Source of the DNA: an uncultured Lentisphaeria bacterium
GTDB lineage: Bacteria; Verrucomicrobiota; Lentisphaeria; JABSQK01; JAJFLO01
Direction of reading: 5' to 3'
Length of the DNA stretch: 32,000 bases
Assembly: GCA_951812855.1 (NCBI GenBank)
Contig: OX638337.1
Location: forward strand, 60,001 to 92,000
Position 1 is the stretch's first letter, and the number at the start of each line of letters is the position of its first letter. The position numbers and the translations under genes are program-made. This document shows positions 9,275-19,460 of this stretch, piece by piece. Below the pieces are notes generated by a model, which had not been told where the DNA came from, did no database searches, and saw nothing but the letters and a program-made list of their open reading frames with translations.

Positions 9275-10045
9275 ATGGATAAAGCCACTGCTGTAGAAAA
9301 TTACATCATGCACCATATTGCCAATAACACAGAGGAATGGCATCTCCCATTTGGCATACATATTCCGTTATCTGAATCAATCAGTCTTCACGCGGTTATG
9401 CTGTTACTGTGCTCTGCGTTCTGCATAATTACGTTTTGTGTGTTATATAAGAAAAATAATGTTGTTCCCGGCGGATTAACAAATTTGCTTGAGTCATTTG
9501 TCATTTTTATACGTGATGAAATTTGTGCAGTAAGTTTTGGAAAAGAAAATGGATACAAAATGACACCGCTTTTCTGTACGTTTTTCTTCTTTATTTTAGG
9601 CTTGAATTTAATGGGCCTGATTCCTCTCTTTTCAACCGCAACTGCGAATATCAATGTCACCGGAGGTCTTGCATCAATTACCTTGTTTGTGATGATCTTC
9701 GGGGCAATATATAAAAATGGTCCAATTGGTTTCGCCAAAGCATTTATTCCTCACGGCGTACCAATTCCTGTTTTGGTTATACTTGCCCCGATTGAATTTA
9801 TGGGGATGTTTATTAAAGCGTTTGCCCTCATGGTCCGCTTATTCGCCAATATGCTTGCAGGTCATATCGTTATCTTTTCATTATTGGGTTTGATTATTAT
9901 TGTCGGGAAAGTTGCTGCATTGCCTTCAGTGGTCTTAGCCCTTGTAATTTATCTTTTGGAAATACTTGTAGCTTTTTTGCAAGCATATATTTTTACACTT
10001 TTATCAGCTATGTTCATAGGAATGATTCATCATCCCGCTCATTAA
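9275..10045 (+). CDS. atpB: F0F1 ATP synthase subunit a
   Basis: Conserved stator arginine region MVRLFANMLAGH. Polytopic membrane protein of 256 aa in operon context. Confidence 0.92.
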   Translation: MDKATAVENYIMHHIANNTEEWHLPFGIHIPLSESISLHAVMLLLCSAFCIITFCVLYKKNNVVPGGLTNLLESFVIFIRDEICAVSFGKENGYKMTPLFCTFFFFILGLNLMGLIPLFSTATANINVTGGLASITLFVMIFGAIYKNGPIGFAKAFIPHGVPIPVLVILAPIEFMGMFIKAFALMVRLFANMLAGHIVIFSLLGLIIIVGKVAALPSVVLALVIYLLEILVAFLQAYIFTLLSAMFIGMIHHPAH

Positions 10046-10056
10046 TTATCATTTAA

Positions 10057-10290
<234 letters not shown>

Positions 10291-10292
10291 TC

Positions 10293-10326
10293 AGTTGCCA
10301 ATATCGTTTTTTAAACTCAGGCAACT
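10293..10326 (+). other. Stem-loop immediately after the atpE stop (AGTTGCC ... GGCAACT, 7-bp stem, 20-nt loop)
   Basis: Perfect 7-bp inverted repeat at 10293..10299 and 10320..10326, within the ~100-nt atpE-atpF spacer. No U-tract follows, so it is not a classic terminator. Confidence 0.35.
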
Positions 10327-10393
10327 TTCACAACTATTTATTGTTACAAAAATAGTATCAATGCATATGAGTGCTGAATATGGATAGAATATA

Positions 10394-10990
10394 ATGACCA
10401 ATATACCAGGAATAGCAAAATCAAAGAGATTCTTTTCGGTATCCATAAGACTAATTATTTTTAATATGTTTTTTGGGATTGCTGAACTCTTTGCACGCGG
10501 CGGCGGCGGATTAATGGATCCGAGTAAAGACATGGTGTTTTGGACTTGGGTTACATTTCTTGTACTCCTGGCGATTCTGTGGAAATTTGCCTGGGGTCCA
10601 ATTCTGGCTGCTTTGGATAAACGAGAATCTGACATAAGAGATTCCGTTGAAAATGCAGAAAAAATCAAGCATGAATTAGAGGCGTTAGAAGCAACGAAAG
10701 AAGACATTATCAGCAAAGCAAATGAAGACGCAAAAGAAATTATTGCAACAGCCCGAAAAGCCGCTGTCGAAGCATCCAGAATAATTGATAATAACGCAAA
10801 AGAAAAAGCGAAAATCATGATTGAAAACACAATGAGAGAGCTCAAGACAGAAGAAGAAAAAGCACAGGCGATGCTTCGTAAAGAAAGTGCTGAGTTTGCG
10901 ATCGCAATCGCGGGTAAACTCATTGATGAGAATTTGGATGATGACAAGAATCATCAGTTAACAGATAGAGTTATTAAGGAAATGGTCTAG
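10394..10990 (+). CDS. atpF: F0F1 ATP synthase subunit b
   Basis: TM helix FWTWVTFLVLLAILWKFAWGPILAALDKRE followed by a long K/E/A-rich coiled coil. The true start may be ATG 10466 or 10514, because the first ~40 codons are not b-like. Confidence 0.85.
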   Translation: MTNIPGIAKSKRFFSVSIRLIIFNMFFGIAELFARGGGGLMDPSKDMVFWTWVTFLVLLAILWKFAWGPILAALDKRESDIRDSVENAEKIKHELEALEATKEDIISKANEDAKEIIATARKAAVEASRIIDNNAKEKAKIMIENTMRELKTEEEKAQAMLRKESAEFAIAIAGKLIDENLDDDKNHQLTDRVIKEMV

Positions 10991-10993
10991 GGA

Positions 10994-11536
10994 ATGGTAA
11001 CTTCAGCTCCTGCAAAACGATATGCCAGGGCATTATTTGACCTGGCCTTAGAACAAGGCGTCACGTACGATGTCTGGCAGGATTTAGATTCCTTAGATAA
11101 GCTTCTTCATCAATCCCATGATTTAGTAGAAATTTTGACGAGTCCAGGTTTGGAAATAGATCGGAATGAACTATTGAGACGTTTGCTGGATAAGCAGATT
11201 ACGGACTTGACATTTCAATTTATTTTATTTTTAGAAGAAAAAGCAAGAATCGACATTATTGAAGAAATTTGTCATGCTTTTGATGACCTTTACTATGAGA
11301 GTCAAGGCATCGTGAAAGTAAAAATTATCAGTGCAGTTTGCCTTGACAGCGACCAGATAAATGCAGCCGAACTTGCACTGAAATCAAAACTGGGCAAAGA
11401 AATAGAGTCAGATATTGCGACAGATCCGCTCTTGCTTGGCGGATTTAAGTTAATAATTAAAGATAGAGTTATTGATTACAGTTTTTTATCTAACCTTAAT
11501 CGCATTAAACACAACATCGTATATTCAAGAAATTAA
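10994..11536 (+). CDS. atpH: F0F1 ATP synthase subunit delta (OSCP)
   Basis: N-terminal AKRYARALFDLALEQG. Length 180 aa. Positioned between atpF and atpA. Confidence 0.88.
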   Translation: MVTSAPAKRYARALFDLALEQGVTYDVWQDLDSLDKLLHQSHDLVEILTSPGLEIDRNELLRRLLDKQITDLTFQFILFLEEKARIDIIEEICHAFDDLYYESQGIVKVKIISAVCLDSDQINAAELALKSKLGKEIESDIATDPLLLGGFKLIIKDRVIDYSFLSNLNRIKHNIVYSRN

Positions 11537-11611
11537 GTCAAGCTTATCAGATGATTCCAGATTTTTTCTCGAACTGGGACTCTTTTATCATTTTAATTCA
11601 GGAGGATAATA

Positions 11612-13129
11612 ATGGCCATTGATCTAAAGCCTGAAGAAGTATCATCCATACTCAAAAGGCAATTAAGAGATTTCTCTGCGAAAGCGGAAACCTATGAAAT
11701 AGGTACTGTTCTAAGTGTCGGAGATGGAATCGCACGAATCCACGGCTTGAGTGATGTCATGTCCGGAGAACTTGTCGAATTTTCTGACGGCCTTGTTGGT
11801 ATGGCTTTAAATTTGGAGGAGGACAATGTTGGTGTCGCCATCTTCGGAGTCGACACCAGTATCAAAGAAGGAGATCAGGTTCGGCGAACAGAAAAAATTG
11901 CTTCGGTACCCGTTGGGGAAGAACTGACGGGTCGGATCGTTGATTCATTAGGGCAGGCTATTGATGGGGGAGCACCTGTAAACGCGAGAGAAATCAGACA
12001 GATCGAAATAAAAGCCCCGGGTATCATTGACAGAGAAAATGTGAAAGAACCGATGCAGACCGGAATCAAAGTCATAGATGCGTTAACACCCATTGGCCGA
12101 GGTCAGCGCGAATTAATAATTGGTGATCGAAAAACTGGAAAAACTACGCTTGCAATCGATACCATTATCAACCAGCGCGGAGGTGATGTTCACTGTATAT
12201 ATGTTGCCATTGGTCAAAAACGTTCAACTGTTGCTCAGGTTCATGAAACTCTCAAAAAATTTGGTGCAATGCAGTACACTACCATTGTCGCTGCTACAGC
12301 CTCTGATCCAGCACCAATGCAGTTTATTTCACCCTATTCAGGATGTACAATGGGTGAGTATTTTCGTGATCATGGACGTCATGCACTTATTATTTATGAT
12401 GATTTAACCAAACAGGCTCAGGCCTACAGGCAGCTTTCATTACTGCTGCGACGACCGCCTGGACGTGAAGCGTTCCCCGGAGATATTTTTTATTTGCACA
12501 GTCGGTTGTTAGAACGTGCCGCAAAAATGAGTAAAGAAAAAGGAGGGGGCAGTTTGACGGCCCTTCCGGTTATTGAAACTCAGGCAAATGATGTGTCTGC
12601 CTACATTCCGACAAATGTGATTTCTATTACAGATGGCCAAATATTTTTAGAATCTGATCTGTTTAATTCCGGGCAGCGGCCGGCGATCAATCCGGGTATT
12701 TCCGTTTCCCGTGTGGGGGGAGATGCTCAAATCAAGGCAATGAAACAAACTGCCGGTTCTTTACGGCTTGACCTGGCTCAATTCAGAGAACTCGCTGCGT
12801 TTTCACAATTTGCATCTGATTTGGATCCAGCTACAAGGAAGCAGTTAGAACGTGGACAGCGGTTAATGGAAGTAATTAAACAAGGGATTCGGGTTCCATT
12901 ACCGGTTGTCAAGCAGGTTGTTATTATTTATGCCGGTGTTAATGGGCACTTAGACGATATCCCGGCAGATGATGTAACTGAATTTGAGCGTCAGCTGTTT
13001 GATGCACTTGATTCTGCCTATGCAGATTTTGTCAAAAAATTTAATAAAGCAAAAGAAGTCAATGAAGAGATCAAAGGAGAACTTGAATCCCTGCTTGCAG
13101 AGTTTAAAAAAACATTCAAACCCGAATGA
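11612..13129 (+). CDS. atpA: F0F1 ATP synthase subunit alpha
   Basis: Walker A GDRKTGKT, followed by [38 protein letters not shown] upstream. Length 505 aa. Confidence 0.97.
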   Translation: MAIDLKPEEVSSILKRQLRDFSAKAETYEIGTVLSVGDGIARIHGLSDVMSGELVEFSDGLVGMALNLEEDNVGVAIFGVDTSIKEGDQVRRTEKIASVPVGEELTGRIVDSLGQAIDGGAPVNAREIRQIEIKAPGIIDRENVKEPMQTGIKVIDALTPIGRGQRELIIGDRKTGKTTLAIDTIINQRGGDVHCIYVAIGQKRSTVAQVHETLKKFGAMQYTTIVAATASDPAPMQFISPYSGCTMGEYFRDHGRHALIIYDDLTKQAQAYRQLSLLLRRPPGREAFPGDIFYLHSRLLERAAKMSKEKGGGSLTALPVIETQANDVSAYIPTNVISITDGQIFLESDLFNSGQRPAINPGISVSRVGGDAQIKAMKQTAGSLRLDLAQFRELAAFSQFASDLDPATRKQLERGQRLMEVIKQGIRVPLPVVKQVVIIYAGVNGHLDDIPADDVTEFERQLFDALDSAYADFVKKFNKAKEVNEEIKGELESLLAEFKKTFKPE

Positions 13130-13234
13130 AATAATTTTTAAATTGACTAACCCTGGATCGTTTCAGTTCAATGACAGTCCATGTTTTTCAGGGTGTCAGA
13201 TGCGAATTTGTAAGACATACACACGATCGAAATT

Positions 13235-14104
13235 ATGCCAAGTATTAAAGACTATAATGTAACGTTGGCCAGCCTCAAAAACACGCAGAAAATTACCAAA
13301 ACCATGAAGATGGTTTCTGCAAGCAAACTTCGGCGTGCTCAGGAAGCACAGAGAAATGCCAGGCTCTATGAAAATAGACTGAATGGACTCATCTCAAGGA
13401 TGGTGGCATCTTTAGGTACAGGCAGTGATCATCCTCTTTTACAAACATCACCGAATGTTAAAAAGGTTTTGGTCATCGTTTTTACTTCAGATAGAGGGCT
13501 TTGTGGAGGATTCAATAATAATCTGTGCAAATATGTTTATAATTGGATTAAAGACCAGCGAAACAATGGATTAGAAGTAGATGTCAGTTGCTGTGGACGG
13601 CGGGGGAATACCTTTTTTAAGAGGCGGGCAACCATCAAAAAGCATTATGAGGATGTAACCAACAGTCCTGAATTTTTTACAGCGATAGAAATTGGGAATC
13701 ACATGATCGATTATTTTAAGGCAGACGAATATGACGAGATTTATGTGGCCCGAAATATTTTTGTAAGTGCATTATCACAAGACCCGACAATTAATAAGCT
13801 GCTGCCGGTCGGGTCAGAATTAATCGATGATGAGCAAAGTGCATTTTCAGGAGAGTATATATTTGAACCGCAACAAGAAGAATTATTAGAAATGCTGGTA
13901 CCACGATCTATTTATTTTAACATATATTACACATTTCTGGAAAACAGTGCTGGAGAACATGGTGCCAGGATGACGGCTATGGATAGTGCAGCCAAGAATG
14001 CCAGTGATCTTATTGAAAACTATACTCTGCTCAGAAATAGAGCAAGACAAGCTGCAATCACCACTGAGCTCACTGAAATCGTAGCAGGGGCTGAAGCATT
14101 ATAA
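13235..14104 (+). CDS. atpG: F0F1 ATP synthase subunit gamma
   Basis: N-terminal LKNTQKITKTMKMVSASKLRRAQ and C-terminal RQAAITTELTEIVAGAEAL. Confidence 0.95.
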   Translation: MPSIKDYNVTLASLKNTQKITKTMKMVSASKLRRAQEAQRNARLYENRLNGLISRMVASLGTGSDHPLLQTSPNVKKVLVIVFTSDRGLCGGFNNNLCKYVYNWIKDQRNNGLEVDVSCCGRRGNTFFKRRATIKKHYEDVTNSPEFFTAIEIGNHMIDYFKADEYDEIYVARNIFVSALSQDPTINKLLPVGSELIDDEQSAFSGEYIFEPQQEELLEMLVPRSIYFNIYYTFLENSAGEHGARMTAMDSAAKNASDLIENYTLLRNRARQAAITTELTEIVAGAEAL

Positions 14105-14162
14105 ATATAAATTTAGCATCCCCTGCCGGATCGTGGATTGCTAAGACAGAAATTATATCTAA

Positions 14163-15626
<1,464 letters not shown>

Positions 15627-15701
15627 AGAGTACTCAGTTTTTGAGCTTTCTGAATTGAATCTTTTCTGCTGAAGTACGAAAAATCTAAGTTTAATGACAT
15701 T

Positions 15702-16004
15702 ATGCCAGAATTTAATTTATCAATACTGACACCTGAAGGTGTTGCCTATGAGGGCAGAGTCCAATCAGTGATAGCTCCTGGAAGTGATGGCTGCTTTGGA
15801 GTATTAAAAGATCATGCACCAATGATCGCTGCGATTATTCCGGGAGGACTCAAAATTATTAGCGGCGGGGAAGAGTTTTATGCGGTGAGTAATGGTGTTG
15901 TTGAAGTTCATGCAAATCAAGTAAATTTTCTTGCTGATCATGCTGAAAAAGCCAGCAGTAATGAAGATGCAATAGAAAAAGCGTCAACGTTCCCGGTGAA
16001 GTAA
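15702..16004 (+). CDS. atpC: F0F1 ATP synthase subunit epsilon (short form)
   Basis: The beta-sandwich N-terminus LSILTPEGVAYEGRVQSVIAPGSDGCFGVLKDHAPMIA is typical. Only ~20 residues follow the sandwich, for 100 aa in total. Confidence 0.9.
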   Translation: MPEFNLSILTPEGVAYEGRVQSVIAPGSDGCFGVLKDHAPMIAAIIPGGLKIISGGEEFYAVSNGVVEVHANQVNFLADHAEKASSNEDAIEKASTFPVK

Positions 16005-16035
16005 TTCTAAATAGTTGAACTTATTGCAGAATAAA

Positions 16036-16065
16036 AATAACCATTCTTAGTTATTCCAATTTTTT
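16036..16065 (+). terminator. Weak AT-rich hairpin plus T-run downstream of atpC
   Basis: AATAAC (16036..16041) pairs with GTTATT (16050..16055) across an 8-nt loop, followed by ccaaTTTTTT. The stem is short and AT-rich, so this is only a candidate. Confidence 0.3.
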
Positions 16066-16620
16066 AGTCGAATCATCTCGATTTCATCTTCTTTCTTTAT
16101 TTTATCAAAAGGCCGGTTTTTAAAAAGCCGAATCTCATCCGATAAAATGGATGCTTGTGGCAATGGTATTGTCCTTTGTTTCAGAAGCTGATTTTTCTGC
16201 GACAGTAAATCCTTTTCCCCATTTTTTTTTTGTGTTATTAAGAGTGTATATAACCGAAAAATATGTGTACAGACACGTTTTCTTCCTAAATCGATCTAGA
16301 AGCTGTTGAAGAAATCCAGCAGTGGCATCATAATTCCCATCCGCTTCTTCCATATCAGCTAAGATCGTTAGAGATTCTATTTTATCCTCTTTTGGTGCCG
16401 AACTTGCATTAGCCTGTTTACGATCTTGTAAACAGAGTCAGACTGCTTTTTATATGCATAAAGCCTCATTAATCTGAGCTGCCCTTGAAATGCTTTCCTT
16501 ATGAAGCAAAAACAGTTCATCAATGAGTTGTTCATAAAGGCTTTTTACCTGTTCAAGTGTATTATCAATCGTAATTTCATCCTGACCTGTGTAACGATTT
16601 TTATAATCACTAACCCGCAT
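16047..16620 (-). pseudogene. Interrupted ~190-codon reading frame (two in-frame stops and an A10-associated frameshift); candidate decayed gene or small-ORF pair
   Basis: Hand translation shows ATG 16620 and the track ORF starting at 16353 are in the same phase (267 nt apart). That phase is broken only by TAA 16452..16450 and TGA 16440..16438. An A10 run (16231..16222) precedes a -1 frame that stays open to TAA 16049..16047. No family was recognised. Confidence 0.35.
16450..16620 (-). CDS. Small ORF (56 aa) with canonical Shine-Dalgarno; hypothetical protein
   Basis: A perfect AGGAGG (complement of 16630..16635) lies 9 nt upstream of ATG 16620. The predicted helical peptide is MRVSDYKNRYTGQDEITIDNTLEQVKSLYEQLIDELFLLHKESISRAAQINEALCI. 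It falls below the track's length cutoff. Confidence 0.3.
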   Translation of the reverse strand: MRVSDYKNRYTGQDEITIDNTLEQVKSLYEQLIDELFLLHKESISRAAQINEALCI

Positions 16621-16796
16621 GCTGCCGAACCTCCTGATGGAACCATCCCGGCCACCGCTGTCTGTACAGCAGGATCAGGACGCAGCTGATGATGATTATT
16701 GCCTCCGTTAAAATCAATGTTAATATCACGATGTTTAACGCATGGGAAATTTGGTAAACAGGGAGTACATTTTGTCACCTGAAGTCTCTTTTTTTA

Positions 16797-16824
16797 TTGA
16801 ATTTATAATTACTTTGCTGATAAT
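16797..16824 (+). promoter_or_regulatory. Candidate sigma70-type promoter for the M50 gene (TTGAAT-N16-GATAAT)
   Basis: A hexamer pattern only, found in AT-rich DNA ~75 nt upstream of ATG 16902. A chance match is plausible. Confidence 0.25.
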
Positions 16825-16901
16825 AAGTCAGTCTGACTTCAGGTTTTTAAAAGCTGTATATTGTGAAATTTCCCGACTAGTTCGAAAGAGAGTTTTCAGA
16901 C

Positions 16902-17537
16902 ATGAATTTTATATTCTTCATTTCACGATTAAGCGATAACCCTTCAATGTATATAATGTGGGTAACGGTGGTTATGTTTTCCATTTGCTTTCACGAATAT
17001 TCACATGCATACGCTGCATTACTGCAAGGAGATTCCACCGCTGCTGAACGAGGACATTTGACAATGAATCCCATGGTTCAAATGGGGACGTTTTCAATTA
17101 TTATGCTTTTATTTATTGGTATATCCTGGGGTTCAGTTCCGGTAAATCGGAGGAAATTCCGTCATAAATACAGTGATGCACTGGTGTCGTTTGCAGGACC
17201 GGCAGCAAATGTATTATTATTTTTAGTATTTTGTCTAATGTTTACACTTTCCAGAAACCATATAGAAATTATAACCTTCCAACAAATGTTCTTCGTCGGT
17301 GCTGCGTTAAATGCATTTTTGTTTATATTTAACATGTTGCCGATCCCGATGTTGGATGGATGGAATGTGTTTAGGTTTTTATTTCCGAAACTGAACTGTG
17401 TGAGCGACGAAATTAAAAATGCCTTGACGTTTATAATAATAATTCTGTTTTTTATGACACCATTGATTAATCACTTCTTTATTATTTCGCAGACACTCAG
17501 TCGAATCGTTATTAATTTTTTTGATATCTTAATTTAA
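16902..17537 (+). CDS. Site-2 protease family (peptidase M50) membrane metalloprotease, short SpoIVFB-like/COG1994 type
   Basis: HEYSHA zinc motif in TM1, GHLTMNPMVQMG, FAGPAAN, and NMLPIPMLDG as the second metal-ligand motif. Length 211 aa, polytopic. Confidence 0.8.
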   Translation: MNFIFFISRLSDNPSMYIMWVTVVMFSICFHEYSHAYAALLQGDSTAAERGHLTMNPMVQMGTFSIIMLLFIGISWGSVPVNRRKFRHKYSDALVSFAGPAANVLLFLVFCLMFTLSRNHIEIITFQQMFFVGAALNAFLFIFNMLPIPMLDGWNVFRFLFPKLNCVSDEIKNALTFIIIILFFMTPLINHFFIISQTLSRIVINFFDILI

Positions 17538-17602
17538 TCAGATCGATCAATATTCAGAGTAGACGTTCTATTGTGGAAAGTGGGATGTGAGGGACAAAGG
17601 GA

Positions 17603-18073
17603 TTATTTGAGCAAATTGTTTACTTGCAGAAAGAAGAATAAAAAGCAGATTGCACTAATTAAATATGAAATTCTTTCCCATAGCATTGCCCATTGCGGAA
17701 TTTGTTGAATCGCTTCAAATATATTTTCACTCGAATTCTGGCGTAATTTAAATCCGACAAACAGCATAAAAACGTTTTTGATTAATATAAGCCATGGTAT
17801 AACGAAATTCGGTTGTTCATATATAAAATAGAGTATCACAACGAATTCAATAATAAACAGCAGACATGCCAATGCTGTCAGCCTGAAAAATTTCTTGATG
17901 AACAGGTAAACCATTTCATCATCTGGCATGATTTCGCTTTCCAGACAATCCTTTGCCTGGTTGAGCATATATACCGGGACCTCTTTTACAAGTAAATAGG
18001 CTGGATTTCCCATGGCAAATACCTTTGTTGAGTAAACAACGATGACCCAAATTGAAATGCTTAATAATAACAT
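17603..18073 (-). CDS. Hypothetical polytopic membrane protein
   Basis: 156-aa ORF with 3-4 hydrophobic helices. No family recognised. ATG for M21 (MGNPAYLL) is an alternative start. Confidence 0.45.
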   Translation of the reverse strand: MLLLSISIWVIVVYSTKVFAMGNPAYLLVKEVPVYMLNQAKDCLESEIMPDDEMVYLFIKKFFRLTALACLLFIIEFVVILYFIYEQPNFVIPWLILIKNVFMLFVGFKLRQNSSENIFEAIQQIPQWAMLWERISYLISAICFLFFFLQVNNLLK

Positions 18074-18135
18074 AATCTGTCTGGTCTATATTCCCGGCAA
18101 TTTTCTGATACAATACGTGTTACAAATGCTTCCCG

Positions 18136-18164
18136 TTAAATGAGGGGGTTTACAGTACTATAAT
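18136..18164 (+). promoter_or_regulatory. Candidate promoter upstream of tRNA-Val (TTAAAT-N17-TATAAT)
   Basis: A perfect TATAAT at 18159..18164 with a weak -35 hexamer. Pattern match only. Confidence 0.25.
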
Positions 18165-18248
18165 TTTTATTAATTTCAATCACAGCATTTGATCCTTTTA
18201 TTACGTTGCAGTACTATTTGCGCTATTCCAATGTGCCGATTATGGAAA

Positions 18249-18325
18249 GGGCGATTAGCTCAGTTGGTTAGAGCGTCTGGTTTACACCCAGAAGGCCACT
18301 GGTTCGAGTCCAGTATCGCCCACCA
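18249..18325 (+). tRNA. tRNA-Val (anticodon UAC), CCA encoded
   Basis: Folded by hand. Acceptor GGGCGAT/ATCGCCC, D-arm GCTC...GAGC, anticodon stem TCTGG/CCAGA with loop TTTACAC (anticodon TAC), T-arm ACTGG-TTCGAGT-CCAGT, discriminator A, then CCA. Confidence 0.95.
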
Positions 18326-18392
18326 CGAGTTCTTGCCTAAGATCACCTTTTTGATATCTTCTGATAACCCCTGATATTAAGTGTTTTGGATG

Positions 18393-18421
18393 CACAAAAC
18401 AAAGCCAATAACTTTATTGGC
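18393..18421 (-). terminator. Rho-independent terminator candidate for the lysK / small ORF / M50 transcription unit
   Basis: On the minus strand, GCCAATA-AAGT-TATTGGC (plus-strand coordinates 18404..18421) is followed by TTTGTTTTGTG. It lies ~110 nt downstream of the M50 stop. Confidence 0.5.
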
Positions 18422-18530
18422 AAGTGGTGAAAGAAATATTCGGACGTATTGTGTTCGCACAAGAAATCAGGGGGTGTAACTGTCTTTCTGTAATTTCACT
18501 TCTCCTGGTGTCGGACCGGAGGGGGAGTGG

Positions 18531-19460
18531 TTAGAATTCTATAATTATGGGTGCGGGAGAGAATGAAATAAACAATATTAACAGACTGAAGTAGCCCAAT
18601 GCCTTTCTTTTACAGTCCAGCTCACGAAACAGGATAACCGGGGGATGGTGAATTTTTATGAGGAAATATAAAAGAGCTGCCCATACTAACCAGCCGGTCC
18701 AGCCAATTATATCTTCCCACCCCAGGACAGGACTGACTATTCCTGATATTCCCAGTCCAATAATCAGTACCATTGACATTTTAGCGATGCGAACATGTTT
18801 GTCATTTCCAAACATACTATAAATTATATGTCCGCCATCTAATTGCCCGACGGGTATCATATTCATAGATGTGATAAACAGGCCAAACCATCCGGCACAC
18901 AAGTATGGGTAATGATAAATTTCACTCATAGGCGGTCTAAATTGGTCAGGTGAGGTAAAAACAGCTCCTAAGGCATGAAATAAAATTGAGTCACCAAATT
19001 TTAAAATCAGGGCACCATCAGTAAAATTGTCCGATAAATAATCAGGGTGAATACGGGTTATATAATCAATTCCGGGCAGGTGAGTAAATCCATAAATCAA
19101 GATTCCTGAACTTGCTGCAAAACCAGCAATGGGACCATAGACACCAATATCAAACATTGCTCGATTATCCGGAATAACTGATTTTGTTTTAATGACTGCT
19201 CCCATGGTTCCAAAGTTGATAAATCCGGGTATTGGAGGAAAGGGAATAAAAAAGGGAAGTGTTACCGGGACGTTATGATAGCGGGCTGCAAAATAATGTC
19301 CGAATTCGTGGCATCCCAGTATGAAGATTATTGATAATGAGTAGGGTAATCCGGTTTGGAGGTTCAGAAGGTTTAACTCAGTGGAAAAGCCTGAAATCCA
19401 GTGGACACCTGATATTGTTGTTGTAATACATGTGACTGTGAATAGAATTGAGTTGATCAC
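18531..19460 (-). CDS. Site-2 protease family (peptidase M50) membrane metalloprotease, EGY-like long form
   Basis: HEFGHYFAARYH zinc motif and MNMIPVGQLDGGH second motif. About 7-8 hydrophobic segments. GTG start at 19460 overlaps the upstream ORF's TAG by 1 nt. Confidence 0.8.
   Translation of the reverse strand: MINSILFTVTCITTTISGVHWISGFSTELNLLNLQTGLPYSLSIIFILGCHEFGHYFAARYHNVPVTLPFFIPFPPIPGFINFGTMGAVIKTKSVIPDNRAMFDIGVYGPIAGFAASSGILIYGFTHLPGIDYITRIHPDYLSDNFTDGALILKFGDSILFHALGAVFTSPDQFRPPMSEIYHYPYLCAGWFGLFITSMNMIPVGQLDGGHIIYSMFGNDKHVRIAKMSMVLIIGLGISGIVSPVLGWEDIIGWTGWLVWAALLYFLIKIHHPPVILFRELDCKRKALGYFSLLILFISFSPAPIIIEF

Noticed and set aside
10291-10947. 218-aa minus-strand ORF (Ser/Ala-rich)
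   Set aside because: It is the antisense shadow of the K/E/A-rich coiled coil of atpF. It is a low-complexity sequence that overlaps a gene firmly anchored in operon context.
16545-16778. 77-aa GTG-initiated minus-strand ORF
   Set aside because: It overlaps, out of phase, the 56-codon ORF that has a perfect AGGAGG SD. Its translation (…CLPNFPCVKHRD…) is not protein-like. More likely this region is the promoter/5' UTR for the small ORF.
18249-18530. tRNA-Val as an integration site for a genomic island
   Set aside because: There is no integrase nearby and no direct repeat of the tRNA 3' half downstream. The flanking genes are ordinary membrane proteases.
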